Shown: one piece after another, positions 38,559-51,229 of the stretch
How positions within the stretch are numbered: the stretch's first letter is position 1
How the letters are laid out: each line of letters starts with the position of its first letter
From: Dehalococcoidales bacterium
GTDB taxonomy: Bacteria; Chloroflexota; Dehalococcoidia; Dehalococcoidales; JAUWZL01
Direction: 5' to 3'
Assembly (NCBI GenBank): GCA_034413595.1
Contig: DAOUMC010000018.1
Coordinates: 57,079-121,078, forward strand
DNA length: 64,000 bases
Notes under the pieces: model-generated
The model's database searches: none
What the model was told of the DNA's origin: nothing
Seen by the model: the letters and a program-made list of their open reading frames with translations, nothing else
Translations under genes and position numbers: made by a program

Positions 38559-39170
38559 ATGAAAATCGGCGTTCTGGCCCTGCAGGGCGATTTCGTAGAG
38601 CACGTCAATGTCCTCGAGAGACTGGGGGCAGAGACTCTGGAGGTTCGCCTACCGGATGAACTCACAGAGCTGGACGGCCTCATCATCCCCGGTGGTGAAA
38701 GCACCACCATGCACAATCTGATGCACGGCTTCGGCCTGTTCAAACCCCTCCGGGAGCTGGCCCAGGCCGGGCTGCCCGTTATGGCCACCTGCGCCGGCAT
38801 GATACTGCTAGCCAAGAAGGTGGCCAATAACAGCATGGACACCCTGGCAGTTATGGATATTGAAGTCAGACGCAACGCCTTCGGCCGGCAGGTTGACAGC
38901 TTTGAGGCCGAACTTGCCCTGCCCTTTCTGGGCAGAGAGCCCTTCCACGCCGTGTTCATCCGTGCCCCACATATTGAAAAGGCAGGCCCCGATGTGGAAA
39001 TCCTGGGCAGGCTGGAGGATGGCACTATCGTGGCCGCCAGACAGGGGAACCTGCTGGCTCTTGCCTTCCACCCCGAGCTCGGCCCCGACCCGAGGCTGCA
39101 CTGCTATTTTCTGGAGACCGCCGCCAGCCACCGCCTGGAAGGCAAAGAAATAGCTACTCCAGCCGATTGA
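38559..39170 (+). CDS. pdxT: Pyridoxal 5'-phosphate synthase glutaminase subunit PdxT
   Basis: Contains MKIGVLALQGDF, the GTCAGMILLA nucleophile Cys, and FHPE. Confidence 0.92.
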   Translation: MKIGVLALQGDFVEHVNVLERLGAETLEVRLPDELTELDGLIIPGGESTTMHNLMHGFGLFKPLRELAQAGLPVMATCAGMILLAKKVANNSMDTLAVMDIEVRRNAFGRQVDSFEAELALPFLGREPFHAVFIRAPHIEKAGPDVEILGRLEDGTIVAARQGNLLALAFHPELGPDPRLHCYFLETAASHRLEGKEIATPAD

Positions 39171-40461
39171 AGACCAGGCCTGACGGCAGCTTGGGGTAGA
39201 AATAGGTTGATTTCCTGGGCATTCGGTCGCCGGCGTCGGCGATAGCCTTGATTGTCTCCGCCCTCACCGGGCTTATAATGAAGGCCAGCTGGCACTCCCC
39301 GGACAGCACCTTGTCGACCGCATCCTGGCGGTCGTAGTTGTAGGAAATCTTTACATCATCCTCAATGGCGAGCCCCAGGAGCTCCTCAAGTATGACGTGG
39401 TCAACGACACTGACATCCAGTCTCTTGTACAGCTCGGAGTGAAAATAGGGCATCATACTGCCAGCGGCGTCAAAGTCATGCAGCGTGAGCACCAGAAGGT
39501 CTCGCCGGTCAAGACCAAAGGCCACCAGCCTTACCCTGTCTTTTCCGGCCAGCAATCTGTCAATCTGTTGCCAGACACCAGTCATGTCCAGTGATAACCT
39601 TTGCACGTCAAAAAAGGACTTCAGTTTGGTCATCAGGCCGGCTACTTTTGACACGGGTAGCCCGCGGAGCAGGCGGTGCGGCGGCAGAATCAACAGCCCC
39701 GGGTCGGCGAACTCAACCAGCGTCATCATGACAAAGTTAAAGGCTTCCTCGCCGGATACAGCCGGAGACAGGGTAAGCCGCTCACGCTGGTAGGTGAGGG
39801 CGCTCTCATAGCGATGGTGGCCATCGGCGATATAAAGCGGCTTGCCACTAAAGGCTTCGCTCAGCCCATCAACCACTGCAGGCTCGGTTATTGCCCAGAT
39901 ATCGTGCCTTTCGCCATTAAGGCTTCCCGAGCTTATTAGCGGCTGGCCTGATTCCTGCCGCTTCAGCAGAGAAGAGATAAGCTGGTTCTGGTCTCCAAAC
40001 ATGGCCAGGATGGGGCTGGTGTTGGCCTTCAGTGCCCACAGAAGATTCACCCGGTCACTCTTGGGCTCGGCCAGCGTGCCTTCATGCGGGCGGATGACAT
40101 TCCGGTGCCACTCCTCAAGTTTGACCCGGCAGACTAATCCTCGGCGCCGGTATTCTTTGCCCTGATAGCTAAAGCAGTGGTCGTGGAGATAGAAAGCCGG
40201 GACGCCATCGGTAACCAGCACCCCTTCTCTAAGCCACCGCTCCAGAATAGCCGCCGAGCGGTTATAGCGGTTATCGGCAGCCGAGTCCTGGGGCAACTGC
40301 TGGTTGTGCTCTATGCGGACGAAGTTGTACGGGCTCCGCCGGTAAAGCTCCTGCTCCAGCTGGGGGGTGATAATGTCATAGGGCGGGCAGATGACCTCCG
40401 CCAGGTTGCCAACCAGTGAACCGTTGTAATGCACACCGCGAAAAGGGAGGACATCAGCCAT
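39154..40461 (-). CDS. DUF1015 family protein
   Basis: The N-terminus (LPFRGVHY ... ICPPYDII) and the GHHRYESAL motif are typical of DUF1015. The 3' end overlaps pdxT by 17 nt in convergent orientation. Confidence 0.8.
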   Translation of the reverse strand: MADVLPFRGVHYNGSLVGNLAEVICPPYDIITPQLEQELYRRSPYNFVRIEHNQQLPQDSAADNRYNRSAAILERWLREGVLVTDGVPAFYLHDHCFSYQGKEYRRRGLVCRVKLEEWHRNVIRPHEGTLAEPKSDRVNLLWALKANTSPILAMFGDQNQLISSLLKRQESGQPLISSGSLNGERHDIWAITEPAVVDGLSEAFSGKPLYIADGHHRYESALTYQRERLTLSPAVSGEEAFNFVMMTLVEFADPGLLILPPHRLLRGLPVSKVAGLMTKLKSFFDVQRLSLDMTGVWQQIDRLLAGKDRVRLVAFGLDRRDLLVLTLHDFDAAGSMMPYFHSELYKRLDVSVVDHVILEELLGLAIEDDVKISYNYDRQDAVDKVLSGECQLAFIISPVRAETIKAIADAGDRMPRKSTYFYPKLPSGLVFNRLE

Positions 40462-40463
40462 GT

Positions 40464-43144
<2,681 letters not shown>

Positions 43145-43173
43145 CCTTTATTTACCCACCCCCTCCCCAGTGT

Positions 43174-43202
43174 TTACCAACCCCCGCACCCGATGCTATA
43201 AT
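43174..43202 (+). promoter_or_regulatory. Candidate promoter (TTACCA-17-TATAAT) for the TIGR00725-like gene
   Basis: It lies inside the N-terminal extension of the track ORF, which argues for the ATG 43224 start. Confidence 0.45.
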
Positions 43203-43223
43203 CTTCTTGTCAGGTCTGGCGTG

Positions 43224-43706
43224 ATGATAAACAGGAAGAAGTTCATTGCCATTATCGGCGGCTCGCAAGCCTCAGCGACTGAAATCAGGCTGGCAGAGGA
43301 GGTCGGCCGTGAGCTGGCCAGGAAGGGGGTCGCCCTGGTCTGCGGCGGGCTGGACGGAGTTATGGAAGCCGCCTGTCGCGGCGCCAGTTCCGAGGGTGGA
43401 GTGACCGTCGGTATCCTGCCAGGAGAGAATCGCCGCGAGGCCAATAAGTATGTCCAGATACCCATAGCCACCGGCATCGGCTATGCCCGGAACGTGGCCG
43501 TGGTCAAATCCGCCCAGGCAGTCATCGCCATCGGTGGCAGTTACGGGACTCTGTCTGAAATCGGCCACGCTCTACAGAGCGGAATACCGGTTATCGGGCT
43601 TAACACCTGGCAACTATCTAAGAAAGAAAAACTGAATAACTCGATTATTTCCACTCAGAACCCGCAAGAAGCGGTAGAAAAAGCCCTAGAGCTAGCCAAG
43701 GACTAA
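43224..43706 (+). CDS. TIGR00725 / LOG-like Rossmann-fold protein
   Basis: Contains KKFIAIIGGS ... LVCGGLDGVMEAACRGA ... IAIGGSYGTLSEI. Confidence 0.75.
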   Translation: MINRKKFIAIIGGSQASATEIRLAEEVGRELARKGVALVCGGLDGVMEAACRGASSEGGVTVGILPGENRREANKYVQIPIATGIGYARNVAVVKSAQAVIAIGGSYGTLSEIGHALQSGIPVIGLNTWQLSKKEKLNNSIISTQNPQEAVEKALELAKD

Positions 43707-43726
43707 GGGCTTAACTCAAGCTTTAA

Positions 43727-45022
<1,296 letters not shown>

Positions 45023-45025
45023 AAA

Positions 45026-45862
45026 ATGAATGAGCCAGAGACCAACATCCCCAGGCAGATAAGCAAGTGGGCCTGCCACAAGCTGGAATGCTTTGGTGAC
45101 TTCGTTGAGGCTTATGCCAGAAACAACACCAAACGTTGCTACCTGGAGCTGTTTGCCGGTGGTGGCCAATACGCCTGCAAAGGCACTGACTGTGTGGTTG
45201 ATGGCCCGGAACTCAGAGCACTCAAGGCCAGGTTTTCAAGATGCATCTTTGTGGCAAAAAAGCCACCAGACGCTGAAAGCCTAAAAAGACTTTCGGCACC
45301 GCTTAACACTAACGATAGTGTTAAGATAGTGATAGGTAACTGCGTCCGGGAAAAGGTCTTTCGCCAAGCTCTTGACCTTATCCCCCGCTCGGCAGCCAGT
45401 CTTGCCTTAATTGACCCGCCAGGCTACAGCCGGCTGCGCTGGTCAACGATAAGAAAGCTGGCCAGCCACAGCCGGGACTGGAAGGGACACAAGATAGACC
45501 TGCTGGTAATCTTCCCGCTGGAAATGGCTCTACTAAAAAATCTGACCCGCCCGGACTGCGAGGCCTCCATCGACCGGCTCTACGGCAACCAGAAGTGGCA
45601 GCAGGTCAGACAGAAGAGGCTGGATGATAAAATAGGATGGGACGAAGCCAGCAAAAAGCTGATAACTTTGTTCAAAGCCGGGCTAAAGGGTCTGGGCTAC
45701 AGACATGTTGAGGACTTAAAGCCGGCCCGCTTCTCCAACCCGCTCTACTACCACATCATCTGGGCGAGCGACACCAGAAGCCAGCTAAAGGAGCTTAGCG
45801 AAATCTGGGGCAAAGAAAGATACCTGCCCTGCGAGCTGTTTCACAATGAGAAAAAAGGTTAG
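45026..45862 (+). CDS. TcmP-like / gamma-class SAM-methyltransferase-fold protein of unknown target
   Basis: 278 aa. ELFAGGG (motif I-like) is followed about 88 aa later by LIDPPGY (a DPPY-type motif IV). The N-terminal W..HK...F pattern resembles the three-Cys-motif partner protein family as I remember it. Confidence 0.5.
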   Translation: MNEPETNIPRQISKWACHKLECFGDFVEAYARNNTKRCYLELFAGGGQYACKGTDCVVDGPELRALKARFSRCIFVAKKPPDAESLKRLSAPLNTNDSVKIVIGNCVREKVFRQALDLIPRSAASLALIDPPGYSRLRWSTIRKLASHSRDWKGHKIDLLVIFPLEMALLKNLTRPDCEASIDRLYGNQKWQQVRQKRLDDKIGWDEASKKLITLFKAGLKGLGYRHVEDLKPARFSNPLYYHIIWASDTRSQLKELSEIWGKERYLPCELFHNEKKG

Positions 45863-45867
45863 GCCTA

Positions 45868-46893
45868 ATGACTAAAATCGGCATCACCACCACTGTCCCC
45901 ATAGAGGTCTTGCTGGCCGCCGGTTACCAGCCGGTTGACCTGAACAATGTTTTCATTTCTGATCCCAATCCGGAGAGGCTGGTGGCTATCGCCGAGAGGG
46001 ACGGCTTTCCCTTAAACTGCTGTAGCTGGATAAAGGGAATATATGGAGTGTGTATGGAGTCTGGAATTGACACCGTTCTGTGCGTCACCACCGGCGACTG
46101 CTCCAATACCATAATGCTTATGGAGGTCTTAAAGCTCAGAGGGCTCAAGGCCATACCCTTCGCCTACCCCGACCAGCCAGATGCCATAAAAATGCAGCAG
46201 GCTCTTGAAGTACTTGCCCAAAGTCTGGGCACTACCCTGGAAATAGCTGAAAGGATTAGAGAAGAGCTAAAGCCATGCCGCCAACTGGCGCACACCCTTG
46301 ACCGGCTTACCTGGCAGGAGAGGCTGGTAAGTGGTTTCGAGAACCACTTCTGGCTGGTATCAACCTCTGACTTCAACCAGAACCACCACGAATACTCCAG
46401 CCAGCTACAGGAGTTGGTAACCAGTTGCTGCCAGCGTTCACCCTACCCGGAAGACATGCTCCGGCTGGGCTACATCGGGGTGCCTTCAGTCTACGGAAGA
46501 GACCTCTACCCGTTTTTGGAGAGGGACGGGGTCAGGGTGGTCTTTAATGAGATTCAGCGCCAGTTCACCATGCCCCGGCCAGGAGACTCACTGGCTGAGC
46601 AGTACACCAGTTACACCTACCCGTACTCAATATACCACAGATTGGATGACATTCTAACCGAAATCGGGAGACGCCAGGTCGACGGCATCATCCACTATGT
46701 CCAGGCTTTCTGCCACCGGGGCATCGGGGATATCGTCTTCCGGGAAAGGTTAAGACTGCCCATCCTCACCCTTGAAGGCAACGATGACTTCTTCCTGAAC
46801 CCACACACAAGGACAAGGGTTGAAGCCTTTGTTGATATGCTCAGGCGCAGCATGAAAAGTCCAAAATACGCAAAGTCAGCACTCAAAAAATAA
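45868..46893 (+). CDS. 2-hydroxyacyl-CoA dehydratase (HgdB/BcrC/BadD) family protein, orphan subunit
   Basis: 341 aa. Overall similarity to the dehydratase D-component family, with conserved Cys residues (NCCSW, TTGDCSN, AFCHRG). No activator ATPase is adjacent. Confidence 0.6.
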   Translation: MTKIGITTTVPIEVLLAAGYQPVDLNNVFISDPNPERLVAIAERDGFPLNCCSWIKGIYGVCMESGIDTVLCVTTGDCSNTIMLMEVLKLRGLKAIPFAYPDQPDAIKMQQALEVLAQSLGTTLEIAERIREELKPCRQLAHTLDRLTWQERLVSGFENHFWLVSTSDFNQNHHEYSSQLQELVTSCCQRSPYPEDMLRLGYIGVPSVYGRDLYPFLERDGVRVVFNEIQRQFTMPRPGDSLAEQYTSYTYPYSIYHRLDDILTEIGRRQVDGIIHYVQAFCHRGIGDIVFRERLRLPILTLEGNDDFFLNPHTRTRVEAFVDMLRRSMKSPKYAKSALKK

Positions 46894-46910
46894 CACAAGG
46901 AGGCAGCAAA

Positions 46911-47924
46911 ATGGTAACCAGAATCGGAATCAACGGATTTGGCCGAATAGGCCGGCTAACCCTGAGGACCATCAACCGTTACCATGCCGGTGAACTTGAG
47001 GTGGTGGCCGTCAATGACCTGACCGACGCCAGAACCAATGCCCACCTGCTGAAGTGGGACAGCACCTACGGAGCCTATCCCGGCACCATAGCCGCCAGCG
47101 ATGACGCCCTCACCGTTGACGGCAAAAAGATAAAGGTCTTTGCCGAGCGTGAGCCGGCCAGTATACCATGGTCAGAGATGGGGGTTGAGATAGTGATAGA
47201 GTCAACCGGAAAGTTCACCGATGCCACCAAGGCCGCCGCCCACCGGCAGGGCGGCGCCAAAAAGGTTGTTATCTCGGCCCCGGCCAAGAACGAAGATGTA
47301 ACCATCGTCCTGGGCGTCAACGAAGACCGCTACCGGCCGGACAGGCACCACATCATATCCAACGCCTCCTGCACCACCAATGGTCTGGCCCCGGTAGTCA
47401 AGGTGTTGCACCAGAGCTTCGGCATAAGAAAGGGACTAATGACCACCATACACGCCTATACCAACGACCAGAGGCTGCAGGACACGTTCCATAGAGACCT
47501 GCGACGGGCACGGGCGGCGGCAGAGAACCTGGTGCCCACAACCACCGGCGCCGCCTACGCCATAGGCCGGGTCATACCTGAACTTGGCGGCAGGCTCCAC
47601 GGCATAGCCCTCAGGGCACCGCTGGCCACGGTCTCCATCGTAGACCTGGTCGCCGAGCTGGATAAAGAGGTCACCGTAGAACAGGTGAACCAGGCTTTCA
47701 AACAGGCCGCTGAAGGGGGGCTGACGGGAATCCTGGAGTACTGCACCGAGCCGCTGGTCAGCTCTGACTTTAAGGGCAGTTCGTCAAGTGCCATTTTTGA
47801 TGCCCTTAGTACTATAGTTATCGGCAGCAATCTGGTAAAGGTACTTGCCTGGTATGATAATGAGTGGGGCTACTGCTGCCGTTTGGCCGACCTTACCGCC
47901 TTCATCGCCCAAAAGGGTCTATGA
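46911..47924 (+). CDS. gap: Glyceraldehyde-3-phosphate dehydrogenase, type I
   Basis: Contains INGFGRIGR and the SNASCTTN active site. Confidence 0.98.
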   Translation: MVTRIGINGFGRIGRLTLRTINRYHAGELEVVAVNDLTDARTNAHLLKWDSTYGAYPGTIAASDDALTVDGKKIKVFAEREPASIPWSEMGVEIVIESTGKFTDATKAAAHRQGGAKKVVISAPAKNEDVTIVLGVNEDRYRPDRHHIISNASCTTNGLAPVVKVLHQSFGIRKGLMTTIHAYTNDQRLQDTFHRDLRRARAAAENLVPTTTGAAYAIGRVIPELGGRLHGIALRAPLATVSIVDLVAELDKEVTVEQVNQAFKQAAEGGLTGILEYCTEPLVSSDFKGSSSSAIFDALSTIVIGSNLVKVLAWYDNEWGYCCRLADLTAFIAQKGL

Positions 47925-47940
47925 ATTGCTTAAACAAGGG

Positions 47941-47970
47941 TTGACATCAGCCAAAAGGTATAGTTAAAAT
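47941..47970 (+). promoter_or_regulatory. Promoter of the CetZ-like gene (TTGACA-18-TAAAAT)
   Basis: TTGACA at 47941-47946 and TAAAAT at 47965-47970. A short hairpin (CACAC/GTGTG) and SD GGGAGG follow. Confidence 0.55.
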
Positions 47971-48007
47971 AACACACCAGTGATTGTGTGCCGTAAGGGA
48001 GGTAGAC

Positions 48008-49180
48008 ATGAAATTAGTGGTAATTGGTTTCGGCCAGTGTGGCAGCCGGATTGCTGATGAGTTTGCCCGGCTGGATAGAAGAGCACGGGGGCACCGGGGG
48101 ATTGAGATAACCCCGGGGGTATTTGCCGTCAACACCGATGCCGCCGACCTGACCGGGCTGGCCACCATAAAATCTGATTACCAGCACCGGATTCTTATCG
48201 GCGGGCGGAAGACCGGCGGGCATGGTGTGGGCAAGATAAACGAGCTGGGCGCCGAGGTAGCCAGAGAAGACGCTGACAAGGTGGTTGATGCCCTAAGGGC
48301 AACCAAGCGTTTCTATGAAACCGACGCCTTCCTGCTGATTGCCGGCGCCGCCGGTGGCACCGGCTCAGGCTCAATACCGATAATGGCACAGCACATCAAG
48401 GAGCGTTACACCGACAAACCGGTATATGCTCTGGTCATCCTGCCCTTTGAACACGAAGAGGAGAACGAAGAACGGACGGTATACAACACAGCGGTATGCC
48501 TCAAGTCCGTCTCCTCGATAGCTGATGCGGTGATACTCATTGATAATCAAAGGTATGTCAGAAAGGATTTCTCACTAAAAAACAATCTGGCCAAGATTAA
48601 CGCCTTGATAGTCGAGCCCTTCTACGACCTGCTCTGCGCCGGGGAAGAGAAAAAGGCCAAGTATGTCGGTGCCAAGACGGTTGATGCCGGGGATATAATA
48701 CAGACACTGCTGGGCTGGACGGTAATCGGCTACGGCCAATCACAACTGAGACGGCTCAAGCTGCCTATGGCCAGCAAGAGTTTCAGGGAAAAAAGCACCG
48801 AGACCCACAAGGGAATCCAGTCCATGGATGAGGCCATCAGCGAGCTGTCAACCAGATGTAACCCCAAGGATGCCGGCCGGGCTATATACCTAATCTCGGC
48901 GCCAGCCCGGGAGATAAACATGGACCTAGTCAAAGAACTCGGTGACTGGCTGAAAGACCTGGCGCCCAACGCCATCATAAGAAACGGGGACTATCCCAGG
49001 GAAAGGGGCGTCATGGACGTCACCCTTATCCTGTCCGAGCTCAGCGACGTGGAAAAGGTCAGGCAATACTATAATGAGTCCACCAGTCTGGTGCCGATAA
49101 TCAAAGAAAGGCAAAAAGAGGTCAAGGCCAAGCTCCTCACCATTGAGGAGGCAGCCAAAGACATACCCACGGTGTTCTAA
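48008..49180 (+). CDS. Tubulin/FtsZ-superfamily GTPase, CetZ-like
   Basis: ATG 48008 follows SD AAGGGAGG. The sequence shows MKLVVIGFGQCG, AVNTD, the tubulin signature AGAAGGTGSGS and a C-terminal RNGDYP. It lacks the canonical FtsZ GGGTGTG. Confidence 0.8.
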   Translation: MKLVVIGFGQCGSRIADEFARLDRRARGHRGIEITPGVFAVNTDAADLTGLATIKSDYQHRILIGGRKTGGHGVGKINELGAEVAREDADKVVDALRATKRFYETDAFLLIAGAAGGTGSGSIPIMAQHIKERYTDKPVYALVILPFEHEEENEERTVYNTAVCLKSVSSIADAVILIDNQRYVRKDFSLKNNLAKINALIVEPFYDLLCAGEEKKAKYVGAKTVDAGDIIQTLLGWTVIGYGQSQLRRLKLPMASKSFREKSTETHKGIQSMDEAISELSTRCNPKDAGRAIYLISAPAREINMDLVKELGDWLKDLAPNAIIRNGDYPRERGVMDVTLILSELSDVEKVRQYYNESTSLVPIIKERQKEVKAKLLTIEEAAKDIPTVF

Positions 49181-49210
49181 ATAGTTAAGATTTTTGTTTC
49201 GTAAAATTGC

Positions 49211-49246
49211 AAAAAAGTCCTCCTCCTTTTAGAGGAGGACTTTTTT
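49211..49246 (+). terminator. Intrinsic (bidirectional-looking) terminator after the CetZ-like gene
   Basis: AAAAAA-GTCCTCCTC-cttta-GAGGAGGAC-TTTTTT; the stem is 9 bp. Confidence 0.85.
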
Positions 49247-49325
49247 GGCTAAACCCGAAGGTGCCCTCTGCTGGCAACGACAAAATAAAAAACAATCAAA
49301 CTAAACCAGAACCAATCCAAGCTCT

Positions 49326-49354
49326 TTTAGAAACCAGGCAATATAAGGTATAAT
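49326..49354 (+). promoter_or_regulatory. Candidate dnaX promoter with TATAAT at 49349-49354
   Basis: TTTAGA/TTAGAA -35 and a TATAAT -10. The first ATG (49359) lies only 4 nt after the -10 box, and the second ATG (49365) 10 nt after. Confidence 0.4.
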
Positions 49355-49364
49355 AAGGATGCCG

Positions 49365-50924
49365 ATGGCTTCCCAGGTCTTTTACCGCAAGTGGCGTCCC
49401 CAGACTCTGGCTGAGGTAGTGGGGCAGGAGCACGTAACCCGAACGCTGCTCAATGCCCTGACCAGCGACCGCGTCTCACACGCCTATCTCTTTTGCGGCC
49501 CCAGGGGCACCGGCAAGACCAGCACCGGCCGTATACTGGCCAAGGCGGTAAACTGCGTCAGCCCGGTAAACGGAGAACCCTGCAACACCTGTTCTATGTG
49601 CCAGGCAATCACCGAGGGCCGGGCGCTGGATGTTATTGAGATTGACGCCGCTTCAAACACCGGCGTTGAAGACATCCGCACCCTGAGGGAGAGGGCCGGC
49701 TACGCTCCGAGCCAGGCACATCGCAAGGTCTATATCATTGATGAAGTCCATATGCTCTCAAACAGCGCTTCCAATGCCCTGCTCAAGACCCTTGAAGAGC
49801 CACCACCAAGCGTTATCTTTATCCTGGCGACTACCGAAATCCATAAAGTCCTGCCCACCATCATGTCACGCTGCCAGCGCTTTGATTTTCGAAGGCTTAC
49901 CCAGAAGGACATTTCAACCAAGCTAGAGCTTATCTGTAACACAGAAGGCATCAAGATAGAGCCCGAAGCTCTTAGACTTATCGCCCGGAGCGCCGCCGGC
50001 AGCCTGCGGGATGCCGAAAACCTGCTGGAACAGCTCTTTACCTACTACGGCTCAGAAATAGGGCTACCACAGGTTCAGGCTATCCTGGGCATCACCGGCG
50101 ATGCGCGAGCCAGGGAGTTGGCCAGGCAGATTATAGATAGCGATGTTGCCGCCGGTATGAAAACTATAAATGCCATAAGCAGTGACGGGCTTGACCTCAG
50201 GCAGTTCAACCGGGAACTGGTGGCCCATCTCAGGGCTCTGCTGCTGATAAAGAACGGCTGTGAAAAAGACCTGGACCTCACCCCTGAAGAGACGGCTGAG
50301 CTAAAAGACCTGGCACAAAGTGCCTCTCTGGAGCAGATCTTAAAGGCGGTCAAGCTCTTCGGCCAACTGGAGCTCGGCTTTGACAGCTGCTCCACCCTGC
50401 CCCTGGAGCTGGCGCTGGTAGACTGCAGTCTGGCACCAGAGATTGAAAAACCGGCAATTCAACCCAGGGCTGAGCCGGTCAAGCCAGCCAGAGTCAGTCC
50501 ACCAGTCTCACCACCCAGACCAGCAAGAAAGCCAGAACCGGCCGCCGTCACTCCACCGGTAGAATCAGCCGCTATCGCACCGCCAGAGCCGGGCAGCGAA
50601 CTGGAGCAGCTAATATCAAACTGGAGACAGGTCATTGAACAGGCTCCGGAAAGAACCAAAAGGACGCCGGCCATCGCCATCCTGAGGAGCGCCGGGGTCA
50701 AACCGATAGCCTTTGAGGATAACACCGTCGTCCTATCCTTCAGATATCCTTACCACAAGGAGAAGATAGAAGAGATAGAAAACAGAAAACTGGTTGCCGA
50801 GGTCATAAGCAGCTTCATCGGGCATCCCTGCCAGGTGCGCTGCATTTATGAGCCCGAAGCCAATCACCTGGTGCGGGAGGCACAGAGAATCGGCGGTCAA
50901 ATAGTTGACGTGGAGGAAAAATGA
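49365..50924 (+). CDS. dnaX: DNA polymerase III subunit gamma/tau
   Basis: Contains FYRKWRPQTLAEVVGQEH, Walker A GPRGTGKTS, and Zn-module cysteines. The start is set at the second ATG because of the promoter geometry; the track ORF starts at 49359. Confidence 0.93.
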   Translation: MASQVFYRKWRPQTLAEVVGQEHVTRTLLNALTSDRVSHAYLFCGPRGTGKTSTGRILAKAVNCVSPVNGEPCNTCSMCQAITEGRALDVIEIDAASNTGVEDIRTLRERAGYAPSQAHRKVYIIDEVHMLSNSASNALLKTLEEPPPSVIFILATTEIHKVLPTIMSRCQRFDFRRLTQKDISTKLELICNTEGIKIEPEALRLIARSAAGSLRDAENLLEQLFTYYGSEIGLPQVQAILGITGDARARELARQIIDSDVAAGMKTINAISSDGLDLRQFNRELVAHLRALLLIKNGCEKDLDLTPEETAELKDLAQSASLEQILKAVKLFGQLELGFDSCSTLPLELALVDCSLAPEIEKPAIQPRAEPVKPARVSPPVSPPRPARKPEPAAVTPPVESAAIAPPEPGSELEQLISNWRQVIEQAPERTKRTPAIAILRSAGVKPIAFEDNTVVLSFRYPYHKEKIEEIENRKLVAEVISSFIGHPCQVRCIYEPEANHLVREAQRIGGQIVDVEEK

Positions 50925-51229
50925 ACCTTTCTATGGTAAAACAGGCCCTGGAGCTCAAGTCCAAGCTGGAGAAGGCCCAGAAGGAGCTGGCCAAAATGAC
51001 CGTGGAGGCGGAGTCGGGCAAGGGTGCCGTCAGGGTCACCGCCAGCGGTAAGCAAGAAATCCTGTCCATCACCATATCACCTGAGGTTATAAACCCGGCC
51101 AAGAAAGAGCAGCTGGAGAAACTGGTACTCAAGGGCGTAACCGATGCCCTGGATAAGTCCAAGAAGCTGGCCGAGAAGCACCTGGGCCAGATGACTGGGG
51201 GCATCAAGATTCCCGGAATAACCGCCTAG
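50921..51229 (+). CDS. ybaB: Nucleoid-associated protein YbaB/EbfC
   Basis: 102 aa, overlapping dnaX by ATGA. It sits in the conserved dnaX-ybaB-recR order. Confidence 0.9.
   Translation: MNLSMVKQALELKSKLEKAQKELAKMTVEAESGKGAVRVTASGKQEILSITISPEVINPAKKEQLEKLVLKGVTDALDKSKKLAEKHLGQMTGGIKIPGITA

Noticed and set aside
43170-43223. N-terminal extension (MFTNPRTRCYNLLVRSGV) of the TIGR00725-like ORF, and similar extensions at 47984 (CetZ-like), 21581 (Elp3), 14794 (mutase), 12261 and 59546 (radC).
   Set aside because: These extensions start at non-ATG codons without an SD. They contain promoter elements or the upstream gene end. Conserved family N-termini begin at the downstream ATG, which has an SD.
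49365-50924. Programmed -1 frameshift producing a gamma subunit in dnaX.
   Set aside because: I found no A AAA AAG-type slippery heptamer in the gene. The proline-rich linker region shows no obvious slippery site followed by a hairpin.
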